Below, piece after piece: positions 27,917 through 37,291 of a stretch of 44,522 bases of DNA; position 1 is the first letter of the stretch, and each line of letters opens with the position of its first letter. The stretch is from UHGV virus genome UHGV-0355499. One strand, given 5' to 3'. The stretch is from a virus. The notes under the pieces are model-generated. The model ran no database searches, had not been told where the DNA came from, and saw nothing but the letters and a program-made list of their open reading frames with translations. The translations under genes and the position numbers were made by a program.

Positions 27917-28535
27917 TTGGCCCTATCTCCACATTTAAACTAACAATTGGTGAGCCCGATATATATAGCCCGCCGTTAATTTTTACACCGCCGTCGCCGT
28001 CTGCTGGGACGTTTACGCCTATTTTCGCGTAAGGTGTACCGGCTATAAAAAACTCACCATCGACACCCGTTTCGAAATTTATTTCTTTTAATAAGGAACG
28101 ACAATTTTTTGCATCAAATATTTGTGCAATAAATGTATTCAATAGTTCTAAATCTAACCCCATGCTTTTTAGCAGATATATTTTAATTGCGAATGTATAC
28201 GGGTCGTCCCTGGGCGTGGCTTCAAACCACTCTCTCATTTTGCTCTCAAAGCCAACAGTTAATAACGCTCGTTCAACAGCTCCACGCGTTCCGCGGTGCT
28301 TATTCTGCCACGCAGCTGCTTTAATAATTTCGCGTTTTTGCTGCTCACTCCAGTCGGGGTTCCAGTAGGTGACCGCGTACTCCCACGCCAGCCACGGCAA
28401 CAGATTTGCAGGGCACAAATCGGGATTTTTAATAATTCGAATATCGCCAGGCAGATCGCCGACGTGAGATAAAACAACCTCAAGCGCCCTCTCAGGGGTT
28501 ATTGCGTTCGGAGGCAGTACGCTTTGACTTGTCAT
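27909..28535 (-). CDS. P2 gpI-like baseplate/tail protein
   Basis: 208-aa ORF between baseplate J and tail fibre genes. Confidence 0.65.
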   Translation of the reverse strand: MTSQSVLPPNAITPERALEVVLSHVGDLPGDIRIIKNPDLCPANLLPWLAWEYAVTYWNPDWSEQQKREIIKAAAWQNKHRGTRGAVERALLTVGFESKMREWFEATPRDDPYTFAIKIYLLKSMGLDLELLNTFIAQIFDAKNCRSLLKEINFETGVDGEFFIAGTPYAKIGVNVPADGDGGVKINGGLYISGSPIVSLNVEIGPNG

Positions 28536-28537
28536 GG

Positions 28538-29458
28538 CTACCCCATTTGCACGCTGAGTTTGATTTCTGTGCAGTACGGAGCCTGCCCGACGCCAGCGAT
28601 CACATCCTCTGTTGGCGATATCAGAATCACACGTTCAGTGCCGTCACGATGTATCGCGTCGTAAATTCCTGACAGAGCTGCCGTCGCTCCGATTTTATGT
28701 TGCGTATCCACATATATCGCCAAATCGCTCTGAGCACCGTTAAGCAAAACGTTCTGGTCGGGTCCGAGCCCGGCTACGATAACGGCCTCAACCCGGTAAT
28801 TCAGGTTCGACGCAGGTTTTACAGTCACGAAATCAGTCAGCGGTCGAGTATCGTCAGGAGACAGGGCCGCATTCACTGTATTCAGTAGTGATTGAGGCGG
28901 AGTGCCGTCGCCGGTTCGCGACAAGACATACATATCGACGTATCCAGGCTGGGTCACCGGCGGGCCGTACGCCTGAGCTGACAGAACGTCGGGATCACTC
29001 GACAGCGCGAAATAGTTATAGGCGTTCGTACTGCCGGCAGTATTCCGCGCATACCATGATAGCTGTATTCGGTGTCGATACTCGTCGTCACTCTCGTAAA
29101 CAGCCTCAGTCGGGGGAATTACATCGGGATTAGCTGGCGTTATCAACAGCCGCAGGCAGTCAAAATTAGCGCCAATCTGGTCGAGGTCACTCCCCTTTGC
29201 AAACGCGAGCAATACAGCGAGCATCCCCTGATTTACCCGAGCTGTAATAATGATTTCTCTGTATGCAACTATTTCCAGCAGTTTAACGGCCGGGTCTGAC
29301 TCCAGGAGTGCGTTAAATTGTGGATATAATATCTGCAGCTCTGACAGTAGATTAGATTTAACATCTGAAAATAACGGGGTTTTAACGAATGCTGGCGGCG
29401 GCAGCAGACTCATATCAATAGTTTTCACTATCGAATTCTGAACTGTTGATGTTATCAA
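28538..29458 (-). CDS. baseplate assembly protein J
   Basis: 306-aa ORF following the W-like gene; size and synteny match P2 gpJ. Confidence 0.75.
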   Translation of the reverse strand: MITSTVQNSIVKTIDMSLLPPPAFVKTPLFSDVKSNLLSELQILYPQFNALLESDPAVKLLEIVAYREIIITARVNQGMLAVLLAFAKGSDLDQIGANFDCLRLLITPANPDVIPPTEAVYESDDEYRHRIQLSWYARNTAGSTNAYNYFALSSDPDVLSAQAYGPPVTQPGYVDMYVLSRTGDGTPPQSLLNTVNAALSPDDTRPLTDFVTVKPASNLNYRVEAVIVAGLGPDQNVLLNGAQSDLAIYVDTQHKIGATAALSGIYDAIHRDGTERVILISPTEDVIAGVGQAPYCTEIKLSVQMG

Positions 29459-29844
29459 AATATCAGCTCCATATTATTAAACTCTAATCGCTGTTGTGTT
29501 TCGATATCTGTTGCGATAATTAATATTGTTATTTTCCCGATATCCACTGCTAACACATTTATTCTGTCAATTCTGACGCGTGGTTCCCATCGTGCTATTG
29601 CGCCAGCGCTTTCCATGATTATTCGCATAGCAAGCGACGGATCTGTGGGATTATCAACAAGATCAAATAATTTGCTGCCATATTCCGGCAGCATTACACG
29701 CGTCCCCAGCGGGGTCGTTAAAATATCAACGATAGACTGACGAATGTGATCAGTCCCCGATAAAAGTTTACCGGTGTTACGGTCCATTCCAAGCATCTTT
29801 ACGCCATTGGTTGGTTCGGTTGTTGAGTTTCCCCGTCCGGACAT
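29455..29844 (-). CDS. baseplate assembly protein W (GPW/gp25 family)
   Basis: Small ORF between V and J genes (...DILTTPLGTRVMLPEYGSKLFDLVDNP). Confidence 0.7.
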   Translation of the reverse strand: MSGRGNSTTEPTNGVKMLGMDRNTGKLLSGTDHIRQSIVDILTTPLGTRVMLPEYGSKLFDLVDNPTDPSLAMRIIMESAGAIARWEPRVRIDRINVLAVDIGKITILIIATDIETQQRLEFNNMELIF

Positions 29845-30716
29845 ATATGAGTGTGTCCGTTATACGTTGTGCGGACTTCAGTTATTGTGCCTTGTCGGTC
29901 CTGCACCTCTTGCCCTGCTAACACACTACCGCGAGTTGTGATATTACCTGTTCCACCGTTATCTCCAGTGACAGAAATATCGTTACGGAATGTCGCTAAT
30001 TTATCTACTACTAATGTCTCGGTAATATGCGTTGGACCAGCTAGTGTTATACCACCCGGAGCCCACGCGCTGATTGTTTGAGCTGTCAGCGATATTCTGT
30101 TCGCAGCAGTAACACTAACAGAACTCGTTGCTATAACGTTCACTAAATCAGCATGTGCGTTAATTGTATCTGTCGCTGTGACATTAATAATATCAGCGTC
30201 TGCGTTAATTAATTTCCCACCATGGATATTAACTACATTTTCGCTATTAATAGTAACATCTGCGCGTCCAAATATTTCTATTTCAGACTCACCGAGTATT
30301 TTTACCACGCCGTCCGGTACGCCCTGCCATGTCAGAGTGTGATTTTTTGTGTTATACGTCATCGTAGCCCCGTCACAGTATGCAGTGACATGATCATGGG
30401 GGTCATTGCTTGGCGGAGCTTTGTCGTCAATGTGCAGCCCGAGCATAACTACACCGTTCCGCGTATCCCCACCCTCAGAAACAACAGTAACGGGATCGCC
30501 CACTGATGGTGCGCTCCAGTCGACGCGTTCTGAGGTGGCGTGAGTAAACCACTGCAGCCAGCCTGACTGGTGTTCGCCACCAAATGAGACTCGGCAGCGT
30601 GGAGGATTCATTTTAACTGCAGCTATCGTGCCGCGTTTAACTGCGTCACGCAGCCTGCGCGCGTTCTCCGCTGCAGCATATTCATCGTCCGATTGGGCCA
30701 TAATAGTCGCCCTCAT
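29799..30716 (-). CDS. baseplate assembly protein V (central spike)
   Basis: 305-aa ORF; N-terminal V-like region (SGWLQWFTHATSERVDWSAPSVGDPVTVV), repetitive beta-rich C-terminus. Confidence 0.7.
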   Translation of the reverse strand: MRATIMAQSDDEYAAAENARRLRDAVKRGTIAAVKMNPPRCRVSFGGEHQSGWLQWFTHATSERVDWSAPSVGDPVTVVSEGGDTRNGVVMLGLHIDDKAPPSNDPHDHVTAYCDGATMTYNTKNHTLTWQGVPDGVVKILGESEIEIFGRADVTINSENVVNIHGGKLINADADIINVTATDTINAHADLVNVIATSSVSVTAANRISLTAQTISAWAPGGITLAGPTHITETLVVDKLATFRNDISVTGDNGGTGNITTRGSVLAGQEVQDRQGTITEVRTTYNGHTHICPDGETQQPNQPMA

Positions 30717-31218
30717 GTTCTGCGCCGATATCTGGTGCTATTCCGACGTATATATTTTTCAGGGTCCCCTGTGAGGGATAATCGAAAATATCTGGACCAA
30801 CGCCTACAACCTGCGTGAACGACACGCACTGAACTGAATGCGAACCGACTGACTGCCCGTTTTTAATCCAGTCGCACGGTTCCGCGTCGCTGAATTTTGC
30901 CGGTTTAGTTCCGGGACCGAACATTCGCCCATTGATCCAGCTCGTCATATAGAGCGCTGCATTCTGCGATTTCAGTCCGTACTGATCAGCTGCAAATTCA
31001 CGCAGCAAATACAAATTACACGACAGCTCGACTGACTGAATTGAGCCTGGAACCGATTCGTCACTCTGTGACCAGTTGCTGATTTCCAGGAACAGAGCTG
31101 GCGTTTCAAATCCAGCCGGAATTTCCGGATAAATTCCGAATGTTTTGATGAACGGTATTTGTAAAACCGCGCCTTTAACGCGATCAAGATATTCGTCAAA
31201 TGCATCCAGTCCGCTCAT
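30682..31218 (-). CDS. putative tail completion / virion morphogenesis protein
   Basis: 178-aa ORF between head-tail joining genes and baseplate V, the slot of P2 R/S. Confidence 0.35.
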   Translation of the reverse strand: MSGLDAFDEYLDRVKGAVLQIPFIKTFGIYPEIPAGFETPALFLEISNWSQSDESVPGSIQSVELSCNLYLLREFAADQYGLKSQNAALYMTSWINGRMFGPGTKPAKFSDAEPCDWIKNGQSVGSHSVQCVSFTQVVGVGPDIFDYPSQGTLKNIYVGIAPDIGAEHEGDYYGPIGR

Positions 31219-31895
31219 AATCGTTTACCTGTTTTTGGGTCTACGTGGACATTACCTTTCACGCGACCGCGCAAATCTTTCTCAAAAAAGCCCATAAAAA
31301 CAGGGCCAATGTTTTCAAAAATATAATCATCGATAGCATCCTCCAGCGCGTCGTGCACAGGTACGCGAGCCTCTTCGATTCCTCCGCGATCCAGTCGAAT
31401 CCAGACACTTTTCGCACCGTAGCGTTTCGCTACGAATGAATCGGGCCAACTCATCATCGCCAGCCCTGCACTTTTGGGTGTAAAAGTTGCCCCTCTAGCG
31501 CCTTTTTTGGTTTTCAAAAACAGGCCGGTCTCAAGATCGCGAGGCTGTTTTTGCCTCCGTGGATTTTGTAATCGCCCCTTTAGCTCAGATACCCGGAAAT
31601 CATTCAGACCGTACCAGAGCTTGGCGCTGCTCAGGTCTCCTGCCCCTTCTTTTGTAAAATTACGGCGCTTAATGAACGGCTTGATTCGTTTATCTACGGC
31701 CTTATGATTTTTAGCTGCCAGTGCAGTCAAAATCATTCCTGCTGAAATTCGGTGCATATGTTTTGCAGTTCGGTTCAGCGCCCTGTTGTATACCATTAAC
31801 ATTTGATGTTGCGTCGCGCTGATTTCGACTCTGAGCTGCTCCAGCGCCGAAACATCGATATCGAACATCTGCGCGTTACTACGTAAATCGGCCAC
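31215..31895 (-). CDS. putative tail completion / virion morphogenesis protein
   Basis: 226-aa ORF in the P2 R/S slot; 4-nt overlap with downstream gene. Confidence 0.35.
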   Translation of the reverse strand: MADLRSNAQMFDIDVSALEQLRVEISATQHQMLMVYNRALNRTAKHMHRISAGMILTALAAKNHKAVDKRIKPFIKRRNFTKEGAGDLSSAKLWYGLNDFRVSELKGRLQNPRRQKQPRDLETGLFLKTKKGARGATFTPKSAGLAMMSWPDSFVAKRYGAKSVWIRLDRGGIEEARVPVHDALEDAIDDYIFENIGPVFMGFFEKDLRGRVKGNVHVDPKTGKRL

Positions 31896-31926
31896 GGTTC
31901 CCCCTTAAGTGGGACCGAGGTCCCAC

Positions 31927-32307
31927 TTAGTATTTTGAATACTCGCTGTTTTCGCTGGACGTGTGAGGCTCTAAAAAAATATTCGTGAGCCCTGTGCCAT
32001 CAGGTTGAGGCTCTTTAACCACGTAATCGGTCCAGCCAGACCAGGTAACAGAGCCGTCAGGTTCGATGCTGCGCTGCTTTGGAACCTGGACGACGTCACG
32101 CGCAACAACGCCAGCGACGTCGTCCGAGAGCGCCGTCAGGCTCGTTACTGTACCGGTAATAAAACCAGCGTGAGGAACGTCAACGCGCGCGTAAGGCTCG
32201 TTGAAAATAGCGATAATGGGGTCGGTTTTACCGCGTAATTTAACGGGCCGTCCCCACTCACGGATCATCTCCTCGTCGCCGGCCCGGAGGTCATCGTAGT
32301 AGCTCAT
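31927..32307 (-). CDS. head-tail joining protein (lambda FII-like)
   Basis: 126-aa ORF two genes downstream of the major capsid gene, the lambda FII slot. Confidence 0.4.
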   Translation of the reverse strand: MSYYDDLRAGDEEMIREWGRPVKLRGKTDPIIAIFNEPYARVDVPHAGFITGTVTSLTALSDDVAGVVARDVVQVPKQRSIEPDGSVTWSGWTDYVVKEPQPDGTGLTNIFLEPHTSSENSEYSKY

Positions 32308-32723
32308 AGAGCGTAAACGTGATCAGCTGCGATAAGGTCTGCGACCTCCGGTGAATCAACAACAATTTCACGGCCTGCGGCAACAATCTCGCGAACGCGA
32401 CGCCCGTTCACGTAGTGATAAACGTCCAGCGTGTTACGCAACTTGACGCGGCGCGTAGCCGGTGCGAGCTCCTGCTCTTGTGACTGTGAAACGATAGCGC
32501 TCGCGATTGATTGAGCGAGTTCATTATCGGTCCCGGACGCAGTATTCACTGTAATCTCGATGCCTCCCGCGTCACCGGATTGCTCGTTCAGAATATCGAG
32601 CTCTGACTCAGCGCCGGCAACGATTGATTCCAGTTCCGCAATAGTCCCGCTGCGCGGTAATTCGCGACCGAGCTGAGCGCTCAGATCGTCAATACGCGCC
32701 AGCAATTCTGTTTTTGTGCTCAT
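32304..32723 (-). CDS. putative DNA packaging / head completion protein (lambda FI slot)
   Basis: 139-aa acidic ORF immediately downstream of major capsid gene. Confidence 0.3.
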   Translation of the reverse strand: MSTKTELLARIDDLSAQLGRELPRSGTIAELESIVAGAESELDILNEQSGDAGGIEITVNTASGTDNELAQSIASAIVSQSQEQELAPATRRVKLRNTLDVYHYVNGRRVREIVAAGREIVVDSPEVADLIAADHVYAL

Positions 32724-32757
32724 GTTGATTCCTTAACAAAAAAGAGCCTTTCGACTC

Positions 32758-33792
32758 TTACGCGATTTTTACGACAACGAACGCGTCGGCGTCCGTGAGG
32801 ACCATTGCTGGCGCGGATTGCGTCATTGTTTGCGTCACTGCCGGATCACCGGTAGTGGTCCAGACTTTTGGATAGCGCGTCGCTTCGGAAATACCCTCTT
32901 TCAGCGCGTCTTCGTCCTGAATTGCGCCATAAGTGCGGAGCCCGCGGTTTTTTGTGTTGCCAAGGATCATCGTGTTATCCGGCATATAACGCGTTTCAGT
33001 GTCTGTTACCGGGTCGAGGTATTGCCCTTTGTAGACAAACAGCGCAGTGTCGCCGTAGTAGCCTTTAAAGCTGACAACGTCGCCCAGGTTTTTCAGCGCG
33101 ACCTCGAGCTGGCTGTTTGAGCCACGGCGCGTATCCAGTGCCGTCCAGAATTTTTTAAAACGCTTCAACTGCTTCCAGGCTTTACCATCCATGATGATCA
33201 CGTTAACCGCACCGGAGGCGAGGTCCGCGTAGGATTCAATATCGTCGCTCGGGTCATACGTTTCCGCGTCCTGAGTCGACCAGGCTGTCGAACCGGACTG
33301 AGTGACGTTATTCGTCGCGCTGCGGCTCATGTCGATCTCATAGGTCTCGATATTGCTGCCGGAAACAGTGTATTTACCGTACAGAACAGCCTGTACCGCC
33401 TGGAACTCTTCGAGCTGGCTGATGCTCAGTTCCTCATCAAGCAGGTTCTGCATGATGATTTTTGCACGACGTTCGACCGGCGTTTCCGGCTGGCCAATCT
33501 GCTCACCGGCTGCGCGCTTGATGCTCATATTCGGATTGATCGTGTGCTTGGGTTTCGTGTAACCCGGTTTGAAATGGTTCGTTGAATAGCCGCGAGTGCG
33601 GTCAACTTTGCCGGTGATCATCGGCGCGCAGTACACGGCCATGTTCACTTTTCCCGGGATTTTATCCAGAAAAACCTCTTCGCTCGTAAACGTGTAGGTC
33701 TCACGGAAAAACAGCTTTAAAAACAACGGATTGAACTTAAATACCTGCTGTGTCGCGGTAATCAGTTCTGACGTAGTAAACGAATCGCTCAT
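32758..33792 (-). CDS. major capsid protein (lambda gpE family)
   Basis: 344-aa ORF; synteny terminase-portal-protease-decoration-capsid and strong AGGA RBS. Confidence 0.8.
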   Translation of the reverse strand: MSDSFTTSELITATQQVFKFNPLFLKLFFRETYTFTSEEVFLDKIPGKVNMAVYCAPMITGKVDRTRGYSTNHFKPGYTKPKHTINPNMSIKRAAGEQIGQPETPVERRAKIIMQNLLDEELSISQLEEFQAVQAVLYGKYTVSGSNIETYEIDMSRSATNNVTQSGSTAWSTQDAETYDPSDDIESYADLASGAVNVIIMDGKAWKQLKRFKKFWTALDTRRGSNSQLEVALKNLGDVVSFKGYYGDTALFVYKGQYLDPVTDTETRYMPDNTMILGNTKNRGLRTYGAIQDEDALKEGISEATRYPKVWTTTGDPAVTQTMTQSAPAMVLTDADAFVVVKIA

Positions 33793-33805
33793 TTATATAT
33801 CCTGT

Positions 33806-33831
33806 TATAAAAAAACCGCCCGGAGGCGGCT
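33806..33831 (-). terminator. intrinsic terminator-like hairpin between decoration and capsid genes
   Basis: CCGCC-CGGA-GGCGG stem-loop followed by a U7 run on the - strand, ~25 nt upstream of capsid start. Confidence 0.45.
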
Positions 33832-33850
33832 TGTTTTGAGTTTTTTGCTA

Positions 33851-34180
33851 TCAGCCGACGCTGATCGGCGTACCCGCAAATGCTGATTTGCGTTTAGCTA
33901 CGTCGGTAACCGTACCCCAGTTAATCGCCGTGTAACGGAACGAGCCTGATTTATAGTACGAGCAGTCTGCAGAACTGGAGCCAGTATTAACTGCGGTGGC
34001 AGTGAGGCCAATAGCTTTACCGACTGAGCCGTCCCAAACCTTAAACGTCCCGACAGTAGCGTCGAGCATAATCGGTGTCAGCCGGGGTACGTTGATCCCG
34101 CCCTGAAAATGACCGACGGTCGTGACAACAAGGTCAGGCCCAAGAATAAAATCGTCCGGGCTATACGTTTCTGTAGTCAT
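33851..34180 (-). CDS. head decoration protein (lambda gpD family)
   Basis: 109-aa ORF between protease/scaffold and capsid genes. Confidence 0.75.
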   Translation of the reverse strand: MTTETYSPDDFILGPDLVVTTVGHFQGGINVPRLTPIMLDATVGTFKVWDGSVGKAIGLTATAVNTGSSSADCSYYKSGSFRYTAINWGTVTDVAKRKSAFAGTPISVG

Positions 34181-35487
34181 TATTCATCCCCTAAAATTGA
34201 ACGCCCTGCAGCAACCAGCATCGAGACGTTTGCGGTTGTTCCTGTTGCCGTAGTACTGCCAGCATCCTGAATAGTCGCTGGTGATTCAGTGCTCATTAGT
34301 GTATCGAGCGCCGTTTCTGTCCGCGCCTGCGCCGTTTTAGGTGCTGCAGCGAGGACTACCTGCGCCTGCCCGACCGTCATCCCGGGGACGCCAGCGAGCG
34401 CTTTTGCCTGCGCCTCGCGCCCAACAGCTTCGGGACAATTGATGATGGCCATCACACGCGCCAGTTCGCTTGATGCGGCGTCCGCGCGAATCTGCTCCGT
34501 GTTAAACTCAACCTGCGCGACAGTAGTCGTGGTCGCGGTTTGTTCTGTGGTCGTGGTCTCCGCCGTGGTTTCTGTACCAGACATAAAGCGCTCCATTTTT
34601 GGTTTCAGTGCGTCGGCCATCACTGCGATAGCGTCCGCGTAATTAACGAGTTGATCAGCGAGACCAGATTTAATCGCGTCCGCGCCGATAAATACTGCAG
34701 CTTCCGTGGCCAGCACCCTGGATTTTTTCAGCCCGGTATAATCCGAGACTTTTTGCGCGAACTGCTCGCGCGTGCTGTTAATACTCAGCTGGAATTCGTC
34801 GCGAACGTCGCCTGGCAGCTGGGAATACGGGTTCCCGTCAACTTTGTGCGCGCCGGCGTAAATCAGCGTCACGTCGACGCCAGCAATCTCCAGCGCTTTT
34901 TCGACGCAGCGGTGAGCCATCAGGACACCGATTGAACCAACTGTGCCTGTCTGCGTTATCAGCCGGCGCGAACACGCTGACGCCAGCAAATAGGCAGCGC
35001 TGCAGGCCGTATCGCTGGCCAGCGCCCACACAGGTTTTTGCTCTCGCGCCCGGGCGATTAAATCAGCAGTATCAAACGCGCCGGCGACTTCACCGCCAGG
35101 GGAGTCAATATCAAGCAGGACCCCTCTTACATCGGGATCAGAAATCGCCTGCTGCAGGCGTTTTGCGATTCCGTTGTAACCGCTCATCCCGCTAACTGGG
35201 TTGATATAACCCAATTTATGAACCAGCGTCCCGGTAACCGGCAGAACGGCTATACCACGCTCCACGCGATACGATTTCTGGCGTGTTCGCTCGCTGCTGT
35301 CCCACCCCATCGCGAGCGCGTTCATTTCGTCGCTGTTCATTACCTCTCCAGACGCTGTATCAATCAGTCGCCCGGTACCGAACCGGTCGCTCAGCGCCGA
35401 AAAAAATACCCGCGCGTAGGTGGGCTCCAGCAAAAGCGGTTGATTGAACGCCCTGGCGGCGAGGTGCGGAAAATTGTTCCACGGCAT
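34180..35487 (-). CDS. head maturation protease / scaffold (lambda gpC-like, S49 peptidase family)
   Basis: 435-aa ORF; S49/ClpP-like core (VLLDIDSPGGEV...ASDTACSAAYLLASAC) with Ala/Thr-rich C-terminal region. Confidence 0.8.
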   Translation of the reverse strand: MPWNNFPHLAARAFNQPLLLEPTYARVFFSALSDRFGTGRLIDTASGEVMNSDEMNALAMGWDSSERTRQKSYRVERGIAVLPVTGTLVHKLGYINPVSGMSGYNGIAKRLQQAISDPDVRGVLLDIDSPGGEVAGAFDTADLIARAREQKPVWALASDTACSAAYLLASACSRRLITQTGTVGSIGVLMAHRCVEKALEIAGVDVTLIYAGAHKVDGNPYSQLPGDVRDEFQLSINSTREQFAQKVSDYTGLKKSRVLATEAAVFIGADAIKSGLADQLVNYADAIAVMADALKPKMERFMSGTETTAETTTTEQTATTTTVAQVEFNTEQIRADAASSELARVMAIINCPEAVGREAQAKALAGVPGMTVGQAQVVLAAAPKTAQARTETALDTLMSTESPATIQDAGSTTATGTTANVSMLVAAGRSILGDE

Positions 35488-37061
35488 CAGTTACCTCCCC
35501 AGCCGTTATCGTTGGTATTTGAGGGGTGAGATACAGACCATGACGGTTCGCTCAGCCCCATTTCACGCCGGCGCTGAATTTCGTATTCCTGCTGCTCCAT
35601 AACCTCCTCGTAATCCTGTCCCTGCAGCGCCAGTTCGTTCTGATACGTGCTGAGGCCAGTTGTGATGCGCATGGCGCTCTCCTGAACCTCTTTCAGCCCA
35701 TCAATCGCCATGCGACCAGCGCCGATCCAGAGCGCGTTCGTCCAGGAGTTCCGCGCCTCATAAAACGACCGGACAGCTGAGCGTGGCAGGGTGATAATTC
35801 CGCGTGCCAGCGCCTCTTCAAACCAGCAGCAGAACATCAGCGACGCCTGTCGCGCGGCGATAAAACGTCGACGCCCCATGAAAAATCGCCAGCTGACGTT
35901 AGCACTGGCCCGGGCGCTGGAGTAACTGACCTGGCTGTAGTCCCGGCTAAGTTCTTCGTATGACGCGCCAACGCCAGCTGCAACGTAACGCAGGAGTGAT
36001 TTTTCCAGTGAACTAAAACCAGCATCAGCATTCTGAGCGGTCTGTAAACTGAGTTTGTCGCCGGGATGCAGGTGGGGAACTTTCACACCACCGAGCTTGA
36101 TATTTGCGCCGTTGTAGTACGTCACGTAACTCTGAATAAACGAATTCAGCGGGTTCGAGTCGATATCAGTACCCGCGCCGGCGATATATTCAAACGCCTG
36201 CTGGCTGTCGAGCTCTGATTCGATTGTCGCGGCATACATCGCCTTCACAATGGCGCTCTGCAGTTGTGTTTGCTGCAGTGTGTCGAGCATTTTCAGGCGC
36301 TCCATGACGCTGTAAAAAATATTGTCCCCGCGGGTCTGTCCGTCCTCGAGCGGCTCGAATATGTGGATGAATGCGTGTCTGCCGCTGCTGAGCTGTGCTG
36401 GGATACGCCGGCATTTACCGACTCCGCCGAGAGGGTAAGTATCCTCGGCTATCCAGTACCCGACCGCGGCCCCGTTTTTATCGATATCAACACCGGCGCG
36501 GCGAAATTGAGTGTCAGCTGCGTAACCCGGATTTCGAATCCGTTTCGGTGAGACCATTTTGAATCGCGTCCGAAAAACGCTGCCGGCACTACTCTCCCAG
36601 ACTGGTTGTACGCAGGTTTCACCGTTGAAAGCGTGAGTAGCCACGCCCTCGCGGATCATCATTGTGAACGTCCGTTTCCGCTCGATATCAATCGTGCAGT
36701 GAGGGTCCTCGGCGTATTCAGTCCACGCTACCTCGACGTCACGCGCCAGCGCCCTGGCGTCCTCGCGAGATATGCCGAGGTAACGCCAGTTAGGGCGATA
36801 ACTCAACTTAAACAGATTGCCGACGATATGATCCTGGTGCAGCTGCACGGCGTTCGACGCGACGCCGTTATTGCGAACGAGATCGTCTGCTCGCGCGTTA
36901 CCGCGATAAAAATTCGGCAACAGTGCTGCGTCGGCGCTCTGCTGTGGTGCGTTCCAGTCAATCAGCTGGCCACCGAAACCGGGACCGCCGCCGTTATACC
37001 CCGCGTAACGGCGTAGTGGCGTTTTACCGTCAGGCCCGAGCAGCTGCTGCGGAGCAGTCAT
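35487..37061 (-). CDS. portal protein (lambda gpB family)
   Basis: 524-aa ORF immediately downstream of W-like and terminase genes. Confidence 0.85.
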   Translation of the reverse strand: MTAPQQLLGPDGKTPLRRYAGYNGGGPGFGGQLIDWNAPQQSADAALLPNFYRGNARADDLVRNNGVASNAVQLHQDHIVGNLFKLSYRPNWRYLGISREDARALARDVEVAWTEYAEDPHCTIDIERKRTFTMMIREGVATHAFNGETCVQPVWESSAGSVFRTRFKMVSPKRIRNPGYAADTQFRRAGVDIDKNGAAVGYWIAEDTYPLGGVGKCRRIPAQLSSGRHAFIHIFEPLEDGQTRGDNIFYSVMERLKMLDTLQQTQLQSAIVKAMYAATIESELDSQQAFEYIAGAGTDIDSNPLNSFIQSYVTYYNGANIKLGGVKVPHLHPGDKLSLQTAQNADAGFSSLEKSLLRYVAAGVGASYEELSRDYSQVSYSSARASANVSWRFFMGRRRFIAARQASLMFCCWFEEALARGIITLPRSAVRSFYEARNSWTNALWIGAGRMAIDGLKEVQESAMRITTGLSTYQNELALQGQDYEEVMEQQEYEIQRRREMGLSEPSWSVSHPSNTNDNGWGGN

Positions 37062-37291
37062 AATCGAACTCCCACGGGCCGACGGCGTCCCGTACTCAGA
37101 CCGAGCTGTGATTTCAGCTCGATAATGTACGTTCGGAGCTGCTCAATACTCGCCTGCGAGTATTGATAGCTCCGGTTATTTCCTGCTGAATCGCCGTGAG
37201 ACAGCGACACGGTCGATTTACCCGTTAATAATTTGTGCAGAGCGATTTCCGCTTCCAGCAGTCGTTCTGTTAAAACCTCGCGCGACGTCAT
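37058..37291 (-). CDS. head-to-tail joining protein (lambda gpW-like)
   Basis: 77-aa ORF between terminase large subunit and portal genes. Confidence 0.65.
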   Translation of the reverse strand: MTSREVLTERLLEAEIALHKLLTGKSTVSLSHGDSAGNNRSYQYSQASIEQLRTYIIELKSQLGLSTGRRRPVGVRL